DNA from: an uncultured Eubacteriales bacterium
GTDB taxonomy: Bacteria > Acidobacteriota > Aminicenantia > Aminicenantales > Aminicenantaceae
Length of the DNA: 54,191 nt
Assembly (NCBI GenBank): GCA_964580235.1
Contig: CAZOJY010000007.1
Span: 1-54,191, forward strand
Direction: 5' to 3'
Numbering within the stretch: the stretch's first letter is position 1; each line of letters opens with the position of its first letter. This document shows, one piece after another, positions 19,593 to 30,187 of the stretch. The notes under the pieces were generated by a model. That model ran no database searches and was not told the origin of the DNA. It saw only the letters and a program-made list of their open reading frames with translations. The translations under genes and the position numbers were made by a program.

Positions 19593-19620
19593 ATTATATT
19601 TTCTTATACATCAAATCCAA
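19593..19620 (-). promoter_or_regulatory. Possible internal sigma70 promoter for the mutase-nag genes
   Basis: Minus strand: TTGGAT (19620-19615), 16 bp spacer, perfect TATAAT (19598-19593), 36 bp upstream of ATG 19556. Confidence 0.4.
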
Positions 19621-19733
19621 ATCCAAACTCAACAGGGAAAAAGACGGAAATTCCAAGACGACACACCCATTATCCCCGGCCCGAAACCAGTGTTTTGTAT
19701 TCACGGGAAGTGTGTGCTGTTCCCCTGCTCCTT

Positions 19734-20948
19734 TTATTTTATCAGAATCGAGCCGGCCACGACATTCGCCACCCGACTTCGCATGGAAACGATGTCTCCC
19801 TTGTCGTCAGGATGGACTCTGTTGGTTAAAAATATGACGATCGTTTCGGTATCGGGATCGATGATCAAAGAGGTCCCCGTATAACCCGTGTGGCCATAGG
19901 CATTCGGTCCAAACAGGTCGCCCTGATTGGTCGAATAGGCAGACTTTAAATCCCAGCCCAATCCGCGTCCGGCAAAATTGGTGATTCGATAGATTTCTGT
20001 CATCCGGTCCACGGCCAGAGGACTGAGAATTCGTTTTCCCTTATAAGTGCCATGATTCAGCATCATCTGGGCAAAAATCGCCAGGTCATCGGCTGTCGAA
20101 AACAGACCAGCATTTCCAGAGACTCCTCCCAGCAACCTTGCCAGAGGATCATGAACCACACCGACAAGAGGTTTCCCGCCATACACCTGGGTTGGCACAC
20201 ACGACGGCCAAAACTTTTTAGCAGGTGTGAAAAAAGTATGGTTCATCCCCAGCGGCGCGAATATGTTTTTCCTGGAAAATTCGGCTATGGTCTGACCCGA
20301 CACTTTTTTTACGATGTAGGATAACGTTATAAAACCCAGGCAGCTGTAGTGGAATTCTTGAGCCGGAGGATTGAGTTTCTGCAGATGGGCGATGTGATCG
20401 ACCATAGATTCCAGCGTAATCGGATAGCCATATTTGTCCTTCAAATCATCGGCATCCGTGTAAGGAGGGAGGCCGGATGTGTGGGTGAGTAGATGCCACA
20501 GGCGGGCATCCTCCCCGGCCTTACCTTCATCGTCGGTGTAGGCCACAAACTCCGGAACAAAGTCAGTCACCTTATCCCATAGCCGCAATTTTCCCTGCTC
20601 GACCAGTATCATGACAGATGTGGCCGTGGCGACAGGCTTTGTAATCGAAGCCAAGTCAAATATTTTCGATACATCCATCGGGACCAAATCCGGGACCCAC
20701 TGGCTGTGCCCAAAAGCCTTGCGCCAAACGGTCTTTCCCTTCCGAGCGATCAGAATAACCGCTCCAGGGAAGTCTTTCCGGTCGATGGCCTCGTTAATAA
20801 TTTTATCCACACGGGCAAGGCGGGCGGACGACATCCCAACCGACTCTGGCGCGTCGGAGGGCTCGAGTCTGGGTTTAGTTTGACACCCAAAAAAAAGAAT
20901 GAGCGAGAACAGGAAAGAAAAAATAAATAGTCTTGAAACTGATTTCAT
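19734..20948 (-). CDS. Serine hydrolase, beta-lactamase/AmpC-like family, lipoprotein (possibly AmiE/NamA-like muropeptide amidase)
   Basis: Lipobox FFGC; SxxK (ASITK), LLTHTSGL, YSC, HTGYTGT; start at ATG 20948 with GAGGAG SD. Confidence 0.85.
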   Translation of the reverse strand: MKSVSRLFIFSFLFSLILFFGCQTKPRLEPSDAPESVGMSSARLARVDKIINEAIDRKDFPGAVILIARKGKTVWRKAFGHSQWVPDLVPMDVSKIFDLASITKPVATATSVMILVEQGKLRLWDKVTDFVPEFVAYTDDEGKAGEDARLWHLLTHTSGLPPYTDADDLKDKYGYPITLESMVDHIAHLQKLNPPAQEFHYSCLGFITLSYIVKKVSGQTIAEFSRKNIFAPLGMNHTFFTPAKKFWPSCVPTQVYGGKPLVGVVHDPLARLLGGVSGNAGLFSTADDLAIFAQMMLNHGTYKGKRILSPLAVDRMTEIYRITNFAGRGLGWDLKSAYSTNQGDLFGPNAYGHTGYTGTSLIIDPDTETIVIFLTNRVHPDDKGDIVSMRSRVANVVAGSILIK

Positions 20949-21361
20949 GGAAATCTCCTCAGAATCTTGGCTCAACCATATTATACAAAAATTCTTCTGG
21001 CAACCGTTATGGTTTTCCCTCTCACAAAAACATCCACCAAATAAAATTCCTGATCCGTCGGCCTTTCCTTCTTTAGAAAGTTTGCTTTCAAGATTTCAAG
21101 TATACAAAAAGCGGCAAAGAATAACCACAATAGCATGGCCTCCCTGGGCATGGAGTTCATCCTCCCTCTCATTCATGCCTTCTTGTTCAACCTCTTCAGG
21201 CCCGGCTCGTGAAGAAGCCGGACATAATTGAACACGCATTTGACTTTGGACGATCGTTGTTTTATAAATCTCAGGCATTGTTTTTATTTTGTGCGGCACA
21301 ACGGCCCTTATGAATTACAAGTCAGCAATGCGTGCAGGGACATTGGAAAAATTTCCTTAAT

Positions 21362-23029
21362 ATGAGTCTAGGAATTCTTTCTGCACTCGCTTTTTTGCCC
21401 ATTCTCTCTGTGTTTGTCCTGATCGTTCTGTTCCGCTGGCCTGCCACTCGGGCTATGCCTGTAGCATATCTCATCACCATCCTTTTAGCCCTGCTCATGT
21501 GGAAAGTCCCGCTTGCCCAAATCGCTGCAGCCTCTTGCGATGGGCTCGTAACAGCAGCTTCGATTCTCTACATCGTTTTGGGAGCGGTCCTTCTTCTCAA
21601 CTTGATTCAGGAAAGCGGGGCCATCCATTCCATCCGCAAGAGCATGTTTTTAATTTCGCCTGACCGCCGGGTTCAAGCCATCATCATCGCTTTCTTTTTC
21701 GGCGCATTCATCGAGGGCTCAGCCGGGTTTGGCACTCCGGCCGCTGTGGCTGCTCCTCTTCTGGTTGCTGTGGGCTTTCCGGCCATGGCGGCAGTCATGG
21801 TCACCCTGATCATCCAGAGCACACCCGTTTCCTTCGGAGCTGTCGGCACACCAATCCTGATCGGTATCAACGCAGGACTGAGCGGCCAAGCCGAAGTTAC
21901 GGACTATTTGAATGCCCATTCCGCCGATTTTCCTGCCTATCTTCATGCCATCGGCGGCAAAGTGGCCATCATTCATGGGATCACAGGAACTCTTATCCCT
22001 CTCATCCTGGTGTTGATGATGGGCCGGTTTTTCGGTCAAAAGCGGAAATGGACAGATGGTCTTTCGATCCTGCCTTTTGCCCTTTTTGCCGGACTGTGTT
22101 TCACCATCCCCTACACGTTGACCGGTGTGTTTTTGGGGCCAGAATTTCCAACTCTTGTCGGTTCCCTCCTGGGACTGATGATTATCATTCCTGCCGCAAA
22201 ATCCGGCTTTCTCATCCCGAAGGATACCTGGGATTTTCCGAATCGAGAGACGTGGCCTTCCGAATGGGAAGGCCAAAAATTCAATACGAAAGTGCAAGCT
22301 CAAACAGGAACCGGCATTTTCAGAGCCTGGCTTCCGTATGTTCTTGTGGCAATTTTCCTTCTTGCCAGCCGCCTCTGGCCGTGGCTCAAGAATATCCTGG
22401 CCTCTATAACTGTGAACTGGCGGCAAATCTTTGGCTCTCAAGTGGACACCAGTTTTCAGCCTTTTTTCCTGCCCGGATTTCTGTTTTTAGTCGTGTCAGT
22501 TCTCACCATTTTTGCACAAAAAATGACTAAAACTATGGCTGCCAATGCCGTAAAACGGTCATTTCGTTTGCTCCTCGGCCCGACAATAGCCCTCGCATTC
22601 GCTGTTCCGATGGTCAAAGTTTTCATCAACAGCGGAATCCCTGGAGGACTGGATAAGATGCCTGTTGTTTTAGCCGCAGGAGCCTCCGCTTTGGTGGGGA
22701 AAGCCTGGGCAGGACTGGCAGCCATGATCGGAGCCTTGGGCGCTTTCATCGCTGGCAGCAACACGTTTTCCAACATGATGTTCAGCCTTTTTCAATTTGC
22801 TACGGCTCTCAAAACAGGAGCTGTTCCTGGGGTTATCGTTGCTCTCCAGGCTGTGGGAGGAGCTGCGGGAAATATGATCTGTGTGCACAATGTGGTCGCC
22901 GCATCAGCCGTCGTTGGATTGACCGGGAGAGAAGGGCACCTCATCCGCAAGACCCTCATTCCAATGATATATTACTTGATTGTGGCAACCTTCGTCGGGA
23001 TCATAATGCTTCAGATTTTTAAATTTTAA
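21362..23029 (+). CDS. lctP: L-lactate permease family transporter
   Basis: [46 protein letters not shown] motifs; start uncertain (21332 GTG or 21362 ATG). Confidence 0.9.
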   Translation: MSLGILSALAFLPILSVFVLIVLFRWPATRAMPVAYLITILLALLMWKVPLAQIAAASCDGLVTAASILYIVLGAVLLLNLIQESGAIHSIRKSMFLISPDRRVQAIIIAFFFGAFIEGSAGFGTPAAVAAPLLVAVGFPAMAAVMVTLIIQSTPVSFGAVGTPILIGINAGLSGQAEVTDYLNAHSADFPAYLHAIGGKVAIIHGITGTLIPLILVLMMGRFFGQKRKWTDGLSILPFALFAGLCFTIPYTLTGVFLGPEFPTLVGSLLGLMIIIPAAKSGFLIPKDTWDFPNRETWPSEWEGQKFNTKVQAQTGTGIFRAWLPYVLVAIFLLASRLWPWLKNILASITVNWRQIFGSQVDTSFQPFFLPGFLFLVVSVLTIFAQKMTKTMAANAVKRSFRLLLGPTIALAFAVPMVKVFINSGIPGGLDKMPVVLAAGASALVGKAWAGLAAMIGALGAFIAGSNTFSNMMFSLFQFATALKTGAVPGVIVALQAVGGAAGNMICVHNVVAASAVVGLTGREGHLIRKTLIPMIYYLIVATFVGIIMLQIFKF

Positions 23030-23101
23030 AAGAAGATATTAAAAAAAAATATCCGTATGGTTGGTCATCGGAGAGATCACACAGGACTCTGGAAAAGCAA
23101 G

Positions 23102-24448
23102 CTATTTTTTACGCAGCATCAATCTTTCGATCTCTTCGAGTTCTTTCGGCACATCCTTTGTCAAAATCTCGCATCCATCCTTTGTGATGAGAATCGTATC
23201 CTCGATCCGGATGCCGATGCTTTTTTCAGGATAATACAGGGCCGGTTCTATGGCAAAAACCATGCCTTCCTTCAGCGGGACACCCCGAAGCCCGACATCA
23301 TGGACACACATTCCCACATAATGGCCGATACCGCCTTTCAATTCCCTGGGATTGATTCCTTTCTGCCTCATGACTTCGGCCACATGCTTTTGAACATCCT
23401 CAGATGTCACTCCTGGTTTGTAGGCTTCGATACAGGCTTTCTGGACTGCCAGCACAATCCTATAAATCTTCCTTTGTTCAGGTGTAAACTTGCCTGAGAC
23501 AGGCCATGTGCGGGTAATATCCATGCACAGGTAATCAAGGTCTGCCCCAAAATCCATGAGCACCAAGTCCCCATCCTTGACTTTTCTCGAATTTTCATCG
23601 TAATGCCAAATGCAGGAATTCGGGCCTGAACCCACAATTGGCGGGTATGCCGCTCCTCTGGCTCCGCCATTCAGTATCGTGTGCATCGCTGCGGCTTCAA
23701 TCTGATATTCGTAAACGCCTGGCCGGGTAACCCGCATGGCTTGCTTTACCCCTTCTGCCGAGATTTTTCCGTTCCTTCTCAGGATTTCGATTTCCTCGGT
23801 TGACTTAATTAAACGCATCTCATCGATTAAAGGGGTGATATCCTGGAAGGAGATAATCGGGTACCGCTCCTTCAGTTTTTCGATCCGGTAATTGTCCAAG
23901 GAAATCTGGTCATTGTAATGAGTCCTGTTCTTGCGGCCCACAAATATCAGCGTCTCCCACCGGGCATTGTCCACAGAATCCCGAGGAGATAACCGCATTT
24001 GAAAAGACAGCCCATATTTTCTGGCATTCCGGGCGATGAACTCATCAAAATAGGTCACAGGATAAATTTCGGTGAAACCGGTCTTCTGTTTGGCTTTCTC
24101 ATCCCTCAAAAGATTTTCTCCTTCGATCATCATCTCTCTGGGCGTCTGCCGGGGCAGGAACAGAAAGGATTCTTTTGTTTTTGGAGCCATAACCACGATT
24201 GCCCCCCTGTTTTCGATCCCGGTAAAGTAGTAAAAATCATTATCCTGCCGAAAATGCCATCCTGGCACAGGCATGCTGTCGCCAAACAGGACGATCATCC
24301 CTCCAGGCAGACTGTCCATCAAAACCTCTCTGCGTCTCATCATTTCCTGTTTAGTGAATCCGGCTCTCTGGGAAAACAGGGCGGTTTGAAGGCCAAAGGC
24401 AATCAAAAACAAAATTCCAGGCATTTGCCAAAATTTTTGCTTGTTCAT
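23102..24448 (-). CDS. Xaa-Pro aminopeptidase (M24B), secreted
   Basis: FRQDNDFYYFTG N-domain; metal ligands in DFGA..DITRT, GHYVGMCVHD, EP, RIED. Confidence 0.9.
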   Translation of the reverse strand: MNKQKFWQMPGILFLIAFGLQTALFSQRAGFTKQEMMRRREVLMDSLPGGMIVLFGDSMPVPGWHFRQDNDFYYFTGIENRGAIVVMAPKTKESFLFLPRQTPREMMIEGENLLRDEKAKQKTGFTEIYPVTYFDEFIARNARKYGLSFQMRLSPRDSVDNARWETLIFVGRKNRTHYNDQISLDNYRIEKLKERYPIISFQDITPLIDEMRLIKSTEEIEILRRNGKISAEGVKQAMRVTRPGVYEYQIEAAAMHTILNGGARGAAYPPIVGSGPNSCIWHYDENSRKVKDGDLVLMDFGADLDYLCMDITRTWPVSGKFTPEQRKIYRIVLAVQKACIEAYKPGVTSEDVQKHVAEVMRQKGINPRELKGGIGHYVGMCVHDVGLRGVPLKEGMVFAIEPALYYPEKSIGIRIEDTILITKDGCEILTKDVPKELEEIERLMLRKK

Positions 24449-24457
24449 AACAGCCTC

Positions 24458-25981
24458 CTAATGATCGATTTTAATGATCCTTCCTTCAACTTTATAATCG
24501 AGGTGCCGGTATTTCTCCAGCCAGCTGATCAAAACTTGATTGATCAGAACTCCCGTATCCCTGCTTTTTCCGACAGGAAAACCGAAGTATTTGTCCTTGG
24601 CCTGGCTGACAAGGTAATTATTGCTCACCACATTGAAAACCTTATCGGGATGAAGGACTTTTCCATCTTCCGCCAAAATCTCCCCATTAATTGCGATGCG
24701 GACAATCCGTTGGCCCAGCGGTCGCTCTCCTTTGGGATAATAAGCATAACTCAAGCCCGATACTTGAAGCCGATCCCAGTCTTTTTCGACGTCATGTTCG
24801 AGCAGGTCTTTGATGTCTTTGCCTGTGAGTTGAAAAACGACGAGCGTGTTCCGGAAAGGAGATACCTCAAAAATTTCTTTTTTTGTGATCGGACCTGCGG
24901 ATATGTTGTTGCGGATTCCTCCAGAATTTTGGAGGCCTATTTCTGCTCCTGTTTTCCAGCGCATGGCATCGGTTATCCAGTTTCCCAGGGCATTCTCTAT
25001 AAATTTCCCCGTCTGGAGATGGTCGTGTTTTGCCTCTCCGATCACCCTGGCATATTCTGATCCGACCGCTTCATCCACGCGTTTGACCAAAGCCTTTATT
25101 TCTGGGGATGATTTCAAATGCTCATTGGCCCAAAGCCAGACCTGTTTTCCTTCATAATCCACAACACGATCATTTTGGACATCCACCTTCAAATAGCCCA
25201 GGCTTCTTTGATGTCCAAGGGTGGACTGGATCAGCACTCCATCGACGGCCTCCAATCGGCCTTCCTCCGAAGCAACCAGCAGGATATCGATTCCTGGAAC
25301 ATTTTTTGCTATGTCAACCGCTTCAGGATACCGTCCATGAAACAACACAACGATAAGTTCCGTTTTTTTGTCCAATTCAGGTATCATGGACCGCAGGGTG
25401 GGAACAACCGGAAGAACATCCAATTTTTCGATGCGCTCCTTCAAAACCTCGACCAAGAATTTTTCTGACATAATACCGATAAAACCTACGTTCAGCCCTC
25501 CCACATTGGAGATATGGAAAGGTTTTACCGGAATGAGCTTGCCGGTCTTTTTAACCACAATATTGGACATGACCGTCGGAAAATTCGCCAAGCGGGCAAG
25601 ACCTAATGCATTTTTGAGACCCAGATCGAAATCGTGATTGCCAAAACACCAGACACCGCATTTTAACGTATTTAAGAATTCGATCATCAAACCTCCGGTC
25701 ACGTTTTTGTATACCAATTCCGTGGCCAGAGTTCCGGTCATTAGATCTCCGGTGTCGATATAGACGACATAATTTTCTTTCTCCCTGATGGTATTTATGT
25801 AGTGCCAGGTGGCTTCCATTCCCCCTACCCATCTTTCACCGTTTTTTGTCTTAATTTTAAATGGCTTATAGATCCCATGAGTATCGTTCGAATGAATAAA
25901 AATGATGCTTTTCGAGAAAAGAGATGGGACGGCGAGGATTAAAAATGCCAGAACAAAAATACGGGATAAAGGTTTATTCAC
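24458..25981 (-). CDS. 5'-nucleotidase/UDP-sugar hydrolase family metallophosphoesterase, secreted
   Basis: NDTHG, DTGD, GNHDFD motifs; C-terminal domain with NSGGIR, PFRN, QVSG. Confidence 0.88.
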   Translation of the reverse strand: MNKPLSRIFVLAFLILAVPSLFSKSIIFIHSNDTHGIYKPFKIKTKNGERWVGGMEATWHYINTIREKENYVVYIDTGDLMTGTLATELVYKNVTGGLMIEFLNTLKCGVWCFGNHDFDLGLKNALGLARLANFPTVMSNIVVKKTGKLIPVKPFHISNVGGLNVGFIGIMSEKFLVEVLKERIEKLDVLPVVPTLRSMIPELDKKTELIVVLFHGRYPEAVDIAKNVPGIDILLVASEEGRLEAVDGVLIQSTLGHQRSLGYLKVDVQNDRVVDYEGKQVWLWANEHLKSSPEIKALVKRVDEAVGSEYARVIGEAKHDHLQTGKFIENALGNWITDAMRWKTGAEIGLQNSGGIRNNISAGPITKKEIFEVSPFRNTLVVFQLTGKDIKDLLEHDVEKDWDRLQVSGLSYAYYPKGERPLGQRIVRIAINGEILAEDGKVLHPDKVFNVVSNNYLVSQAKDKYFGFPVGKSRDTGVLINQVLISWLEKYRHLDYKVEGRIIKIDH

Positions 25982-26051
25982 ACAGAGGCTTATAGCACAG
26001 ACAAAAAAATAATGTCAAATTGTTAGGTTTGATGCCAGCTATTCGGAAAAC

Positions 26052-27152
26052 TCAGTTTTTTACGATTTTGTAGGCCGCTTTTTCCAGGAACAAATTGTCT
26101 TCCTTATCCGACCGGATAAAAAACATGTGTTTATCCGAAATGTAAAGGGGCTTATCGGGCACATGCGCGGCTCCCAAAAACTCTCCCTTTATCGAAAAAA
26201 CGTCCACCGGGAATGGACCAGACTCCCGGGTGATATTTTTTTTTGTCCGGAACACAAAAACATACTCCTCTGTCAGCAATATCCGGTCATAAAAAATCTT
26301 TTTATCCGGAATTTTTTTAACAAGATTCCGCACGATACTTCCGGGCCATCCACGCTCCTTCCCAAGCTTTTTGATGTCTTTTTCAAAGTATTTTTTTTCC
26401 TCTTTTCTAAAGCTTCCGGGTTGGACATTTCTGCGAAGGTGAATTATGGTTTTTCCCTTTTCGTCCAGAATCGAGATGTCGTATTTATCACCAATTCCAA
26501 CAGCAGAATATCGGCCAAAATGAGCAAATTGAAGGGAAGGAACAAACTCTTCCCGGGAATAATTGAACATGACCGGCCGGCCGCTTTCGTCCGGGGCAGA
26601 GACCGAGAATGTCCTTTTAAGAACCTGGCCGAAAGTCCTAAGAATTTTGTTCTGTTTATCTACCATCACCTGGCACCGGCTATCCTCCTGCCATATCCAT
26701 GCATAATACCGATCCTTTCCAATGAAACCGACAGCAAGACGTCCATCCAGGTGAATTCGCTCGATGAAATTGCCCTCATCGGTCATGAAAGACAGATTAT
26801 ACATTTCATCCGCCACAACGAGCTGGCCCTCTGGCGTAAATGCCAGCAGATGGGGATTTTGGTAATCTCCAGGCCCCTGCCCTTTTTGGCCAAATGATTG
26901 GATTAGATTCCCTTCGGGTGAAAACTTAAAAACCTTGTGTTCCACCCTATCCAACACATACAGGTTGGAATCGGTATCCTCACAAACAGAAGCGATCGAG
27001 GCAAACATCAGGTCTTTTTTGCCGATTTCCAAAACTTTGTTGATCTTCAACTCGATCTTTTTCTCAGCCCCTGACATCCCCAGATTCAAGGCCATAATCC
27101 ACAGAAGCATAACGCCAATGCTTTTTCTTATCATGACATAATTATGCTTCAT
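26052..27152 (-). CDS. Secreted 6-bladed beta-propeller (NHL-like) protein
   Basis: Signal peptide; YVLD..EHKVFKF, FGQKGQGPGDY..P repeats; C-terminal DVFS..GEFLG. Confidence 0.75.
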   Translation of the reverse strand: MKHNYVMIRKSIGVMLLWIMALNLGMSGAEKKIELKINKVLEIGKKDLMFASIASVCEDTDSNLYVLDRVEHKVFKFSPEGNLIQSFGQKGQGPGDYQNPHLLAFTPEGQLVVADEMYNLSFMTDEGNFIERIHLDGRLAVGFIGKDRYYAWIWQEDSRCQVMVDKQNKILRTFGQVLKRTFSVSAPDESGRPVMFNYSREEFVPSLQFAHFGRYSAVGIGDKYDISILDEKGKTIIHLRRNVQPGSFRKEEKKYFEKDIKKLGKERGWPGSIVRNLVKKIPDKKIFYDRILLTEEYVFVFRTKKNITRESGPFPVDVFSIKGEFLGAAHVPDKPLYISDKHMFFIRSDKEDNLFLEKAAYKIVKN

Positions 27153-27266
27153 ACTTCATCCCCGCCCAATGAAATTCGTATTTTGAAGAACAATTTAGGT
27201 GGGTTTCTTCCTTTACCCCATCAGGTATAGCCACGGCAATATTAAAGAATTGGTTTTCCCGAGAGG

Positions 27267-27659
27267 CTATGACTGCTTTTTAAGCTCGATGTCACCCTGA
27301 TCCCCCTCTGCAGTCTCCCAGTATCCCTTCATCGTATCCTCTTCCACTTCGAGGGTAATCCAAACGGTCAGAGATTCCATTTCCGCCGCAATCGTAAGGC
27401 TGAATGTCACGGTGCCTTCTTTGAACTCGAACTCCTCACATTCTGCATCCATCAACATGCCGAAGGAGTCGGACAGAGTGGCTGCGTATTTGCCATCGTC
27501 TTTCTTGACTACGAGTGTCATCTCATCCTCTCCTTGGTCAGGAACGACTGTGGAACCCATCCATGTACCTGTCAGGTCGATATCTTGGCTAAAGGATAAA
27601 ACAGAACAAAAGGTCATCAGGAATAAAAAAAAGGCCAAATAGGACAAAAGTTTCTTCAT
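27267..27659 (-). CDS. Secreted acidic hypothetical protein (beta-rich)
   Basis: 130 aa, signal peptide, DLTGTW motif, GGAG SD. Confidence 0.7.
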   Translation of the reverse strand: MKKLLSYLAFFLFLMTFCSVLSFSQDIDLTGTWMGSTVVPDQGEDEMTLVVKKDDGKYAATLSDSFGMLMDAECEEFEFKEGTVTFSLTIAAEMESLTVWITLEVEEDTMKGYWETAEGDQGDIELKKQS

Positions 27660-27742
27660 GTGCTTCTCCTTTTTATAGGCCTATTCACACACAAACACAT
27701 CATATCATACGCAAATGGCTGGGGAAAAGTTCTGACAAAGCT

Positions 27743-28537
27743 CTAATTTTGCATTTTGCCGTCGATCCCGACCACGACTTTTTTAACATTAATATTAGTG
27801 CCTGACATCTCCACAGCTCTTTCAACGATGTGGTTCAATCCAGAACAGCAGGGTACCACCATGGTTGCCACGGTCACTGAATAAACGGTGTTTTTCTTCA
27901 GAATCTCTGCAATTTTTTCGACATAGGTACTTGTCTCATCCAACTTCGGACAGGCAATGATCAATTTTTTCCCTTTCAGGAGGTCCTGATGAAAACTTCC
28001 TAATGTGAACGCGGTGCAGTCAGCTGCGATCAGAAGATCGCTTTCGTTGAAATAAGGGGCAAAAGGTGAAATCAAATGAAGTTGGATTGGCCATTGGCTC
28101 AACTCTGAGGTCCCAGATACAGTATTGTCCTTTCGTGGGGCAGGTGATCTATTGATTTCCTGAGCCATGCTTCCCGGGCAGCCAAAAGTATAGCGTCTAT
28201 CGGGTGGGAGCTCAGATTCTGCTTCTGCCCCTTCTTCCTCGTGCTCTTTGTGGTTAATTCCATGCACATGATCGGCCGCCTCCTCCCCCCGAGTTTTCAA
28301 TACGTGTCGGAAGGTTGCATCGGGGTCATATTCATCACTTTCCCTTTCGACAATCTTCAGCGCGCCAGTCGGACACACATCCAGGCAGGCCCCCATCCCG
28401 TCACAAAATATTTCTTTTGCCAGAACGGCCTTATTCTCATCATCCAGTACCAAGGCTCCTTCTGCACAGGCATCGGTACAAACACCGCACCCGTCGCATT
28501 TATCCCGGTCAATTTGGATGATTTTTCTCTTTCTCAT
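27743..28537 (-). CDS. 2x[4Fe-4S] ferredoxin-domain protein of the type usually linked to hcp/HcpR (FrdX-like)
   Basis: CDGCGVCTDACAEGA and CDGMGACLDVCPTGA; GCPGS, QWPIQL, ADC, ACPKLD, VPCCSGL. Confidence 0.85.
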   Translation of the reverse strand: MRKRKIIQIDRDKCDGCGVCTDACAEGALVLDDENKAVLAKEIFCDGMGACLDVCPTGALKIVERESDEYDPDATFRHVLKTRGEEAADHVHGINHKEHEEEGAEAESELPPDRRYTFGCPGSMAQEINRSPAPRKDNTVSGTSELSQWPIQLHLISPFAPYFNESDLLIAADCTAFTLGSFHQDLLKGKKLIIACPKLDETSTYVEKIAEILKKNTVYSVTVATMVVPCCSGLNHIVERAVEMSGTNINVKKVVVGIDGKMQN

Positions 28538-28575
28538 TATGATTCTCCTTTATCATGATTTCATCTTCCAGATCT

Positions 28576-28617
28576 ATGATAAACAGGAAGGAAATATATT
28601 TCCTTGACTTAGGTCAA
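28576..28617 (-). promoter_or_regulatory. Crp/Fnr-family operator TTGAC-N4-GTCAA with a class II promoter for the ferredoxin-like gene
   Basis: Perfect palindrome TTGACttagGTCAA at 28604-28617; minus-strand -10 TATCAT at 28581-28576 places the box centre at -41.5. Confidence 0.7.
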
Positions 28618-28708
28618 AAAGAAAAACTTTATATGACTAGCCCTGAATTTGATTCCTCTTTTTTTCTGTGCCATAATATTTTTCCTCTGGGAAAGACGAG
28701 AACCGGGC

Positions 28709-30187
28709 ATGAAAAAAGAAGAACAAAAGCATCCGAACATCATCCTGATTGTTATCGATGCCCTGAGAGCCAGAAATCTCGGCTGTTATGGGGCGCAGGG
28801 AAATCCAAGTCCCAATATCGATAAACTAGCCCAAGACGGCATCCAATTCGAAAACTGTTATTCCTGTTGGAACACAACCGACCAAAGCCTGACCTCCATT
28901 TTCAGCGGTAGATTTCCAAAAACCCATGGCATTATTCATCATGGCGACAAAATCACCCCGGAAAATCTGATAAGCTTCAAGAAGCTAGACGTCAAATTAA
29001 TCGCCGAAATATTGCGGGAGGATGGGTTTAAAACATATGCTGTCGACTGGATGGACCGATGGTTTAAACGCGGATTTGATTTTTATGGATATGAGCAGGA
29101 CAGGGACATCTGGCAAAAATTCATTCGGGTCGTTTTTATCCTGCCTTACGTGCATTTGCGCTACATGGCAGCAAATATCTCCTTACTAAGAATATATGCA
29201 AAACGAAGGATGCCATCCATCTCCTCTGTGTGGAAAGGATTAAAAGGAGTATGGAACACATTTCGATTTACCTTTGAGCTGGCAAGAATTCAGGATGCCG
29301 ATTATGTCACAAGTTTTGCCCAGAAACTCATCAGCGATAGAAAAGACGATAAATTTTTTCTCTTTCTCCATTATTGGGACACCCACACTCCTTACAATTG
29401 TCCTAAAAAACACATGGATCGGGATAAATTCAGTCACAATTCTATCGATATTTTTGCATCAAAATACCATGGCGCGGTGAATTATGTGGATAAGTCTATC
29501 GGGAAATTGATCGAGTGTTTGAAAACCCACAAACTCCTTGAAGACACATTGATTATTATCACTTCGGATCATGGGGAAAGTCTCACCGAACATGGCATTT
29601 TTTTCGATCATCACGGACTCTATGAAGTGACCACTCACGTTCCTCTTATCCTATGCCATCCTGCACTTTTCGCACAGCCAAAAAAAATAAAAGGACTGAT
29701 TCAACATGTGGATCTCTTGCCTACGCTTTGCGATTTCTTGGGGATCAATGTTAAAAATGCAAAATTCGATGGGATCAGTATGAGGCCCCTTATAAACGGA
29801 GATAAAGAAGACATCCGAAAATTCGCTTTTTTCGAAGAATCCTATGTGCAGAGAAAAAGCGGAATCAAAAACACAAGACATAAATATATTCTTGCACCGG
29901 ATGGGATCGGAATGTGCAACTATTGCCAAAAAGTCCATGCCGGTGTCACAGAATTATATGATTTAGAAAAAGATCCCGGAGAAACAAATAATATTGTCTC
30001 TGAAAACAGAATAGTAGCCGACCAGATGAGAGCTGAACTGGAAGCTGTGATACGGAGTCTAAATTCCAAAAAACAGCAACTTCTCGAAAAAAATATCTTG
30101 ATAACGCCAAAACTCGAAGATTTACAGGACCTTGCAGGCCAAAAAAAGATAAAAAAGAAACTCCGCAGCCTGGGCTATATGGACTAA
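28709..30187 (+). CDS. Sulfatase-like hydrolase/transferase (alkaline phosphatase superfamily), non-canonical nucleophile motif
   Basis: IVIDALRA, HYWDTHTPY, ITSDHGE, FFDHHGLY, ELYDL..DPGE, LRSLGY; no C/S-x-P-x-R; start at ATG 28709. Confidence 0.82.
   Translation: MKKEEQKHPNIILIVIDALRARNLGCYGAQGNPSPNIDKLAQDGIQFENCYSCWNTTDQSLTSIFSGRFPKTHGIIHHGDKITPENLISFKKLDVKLIAEILREDGFKTYAVDWMDRWFKRGFDFYGYEQDRDIWQKFIRVVFILPYVHLRYMAANISLLRIYAKRRMPSISSVWKGLKGVWNTFRFTFELARIQDADYVTSFAQKLISDRKDDKFFLFLHYWDTHTPYNCPKKHMDRDKFSHNSIDIFASKYHGAVNYVDKSIGKLIECLKTHKLLEDTLIIITSDHGESLTEHGIFFDHHGLYEVTTHVPLILCHPALFAQPKKIKGLIQHVDLLPTLCDFLGINVKNAKFDGISMRPLINGDKEDIRKFAFFEESYVQRKSGIKNTRHKYILAPDGIGMCNYCQKVHAGVTELYDLEKDPGETNNIVSENRIVADQMRAELEAVIRSLNSKKQQLLEKNILITPKLEDLQDLAGQKKIKKKLRSLGYMD

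Noticed and set aside
19734-20948. Serine hydrolase read as an antibiotic-resistance beta-lactamase
   Set aside because: Only the generic SxxK fold is evident; the YSC and HTG variants and the amino-sugar context point to an esterase/amidase role
20981-21299. Two short overlapping minus-strand ORFs (63 and 67 aa) between the serine hydrolase and lctP
   Set aside because: No SD, no motifs, different frames; more likely the divergent promoter region or an unidentifiable remnant
23999-25060. 353-aa plus-strand ORF
   Set aside because: Antisense shadow of the aminopeptidase and nucleotidase genes; no motifs
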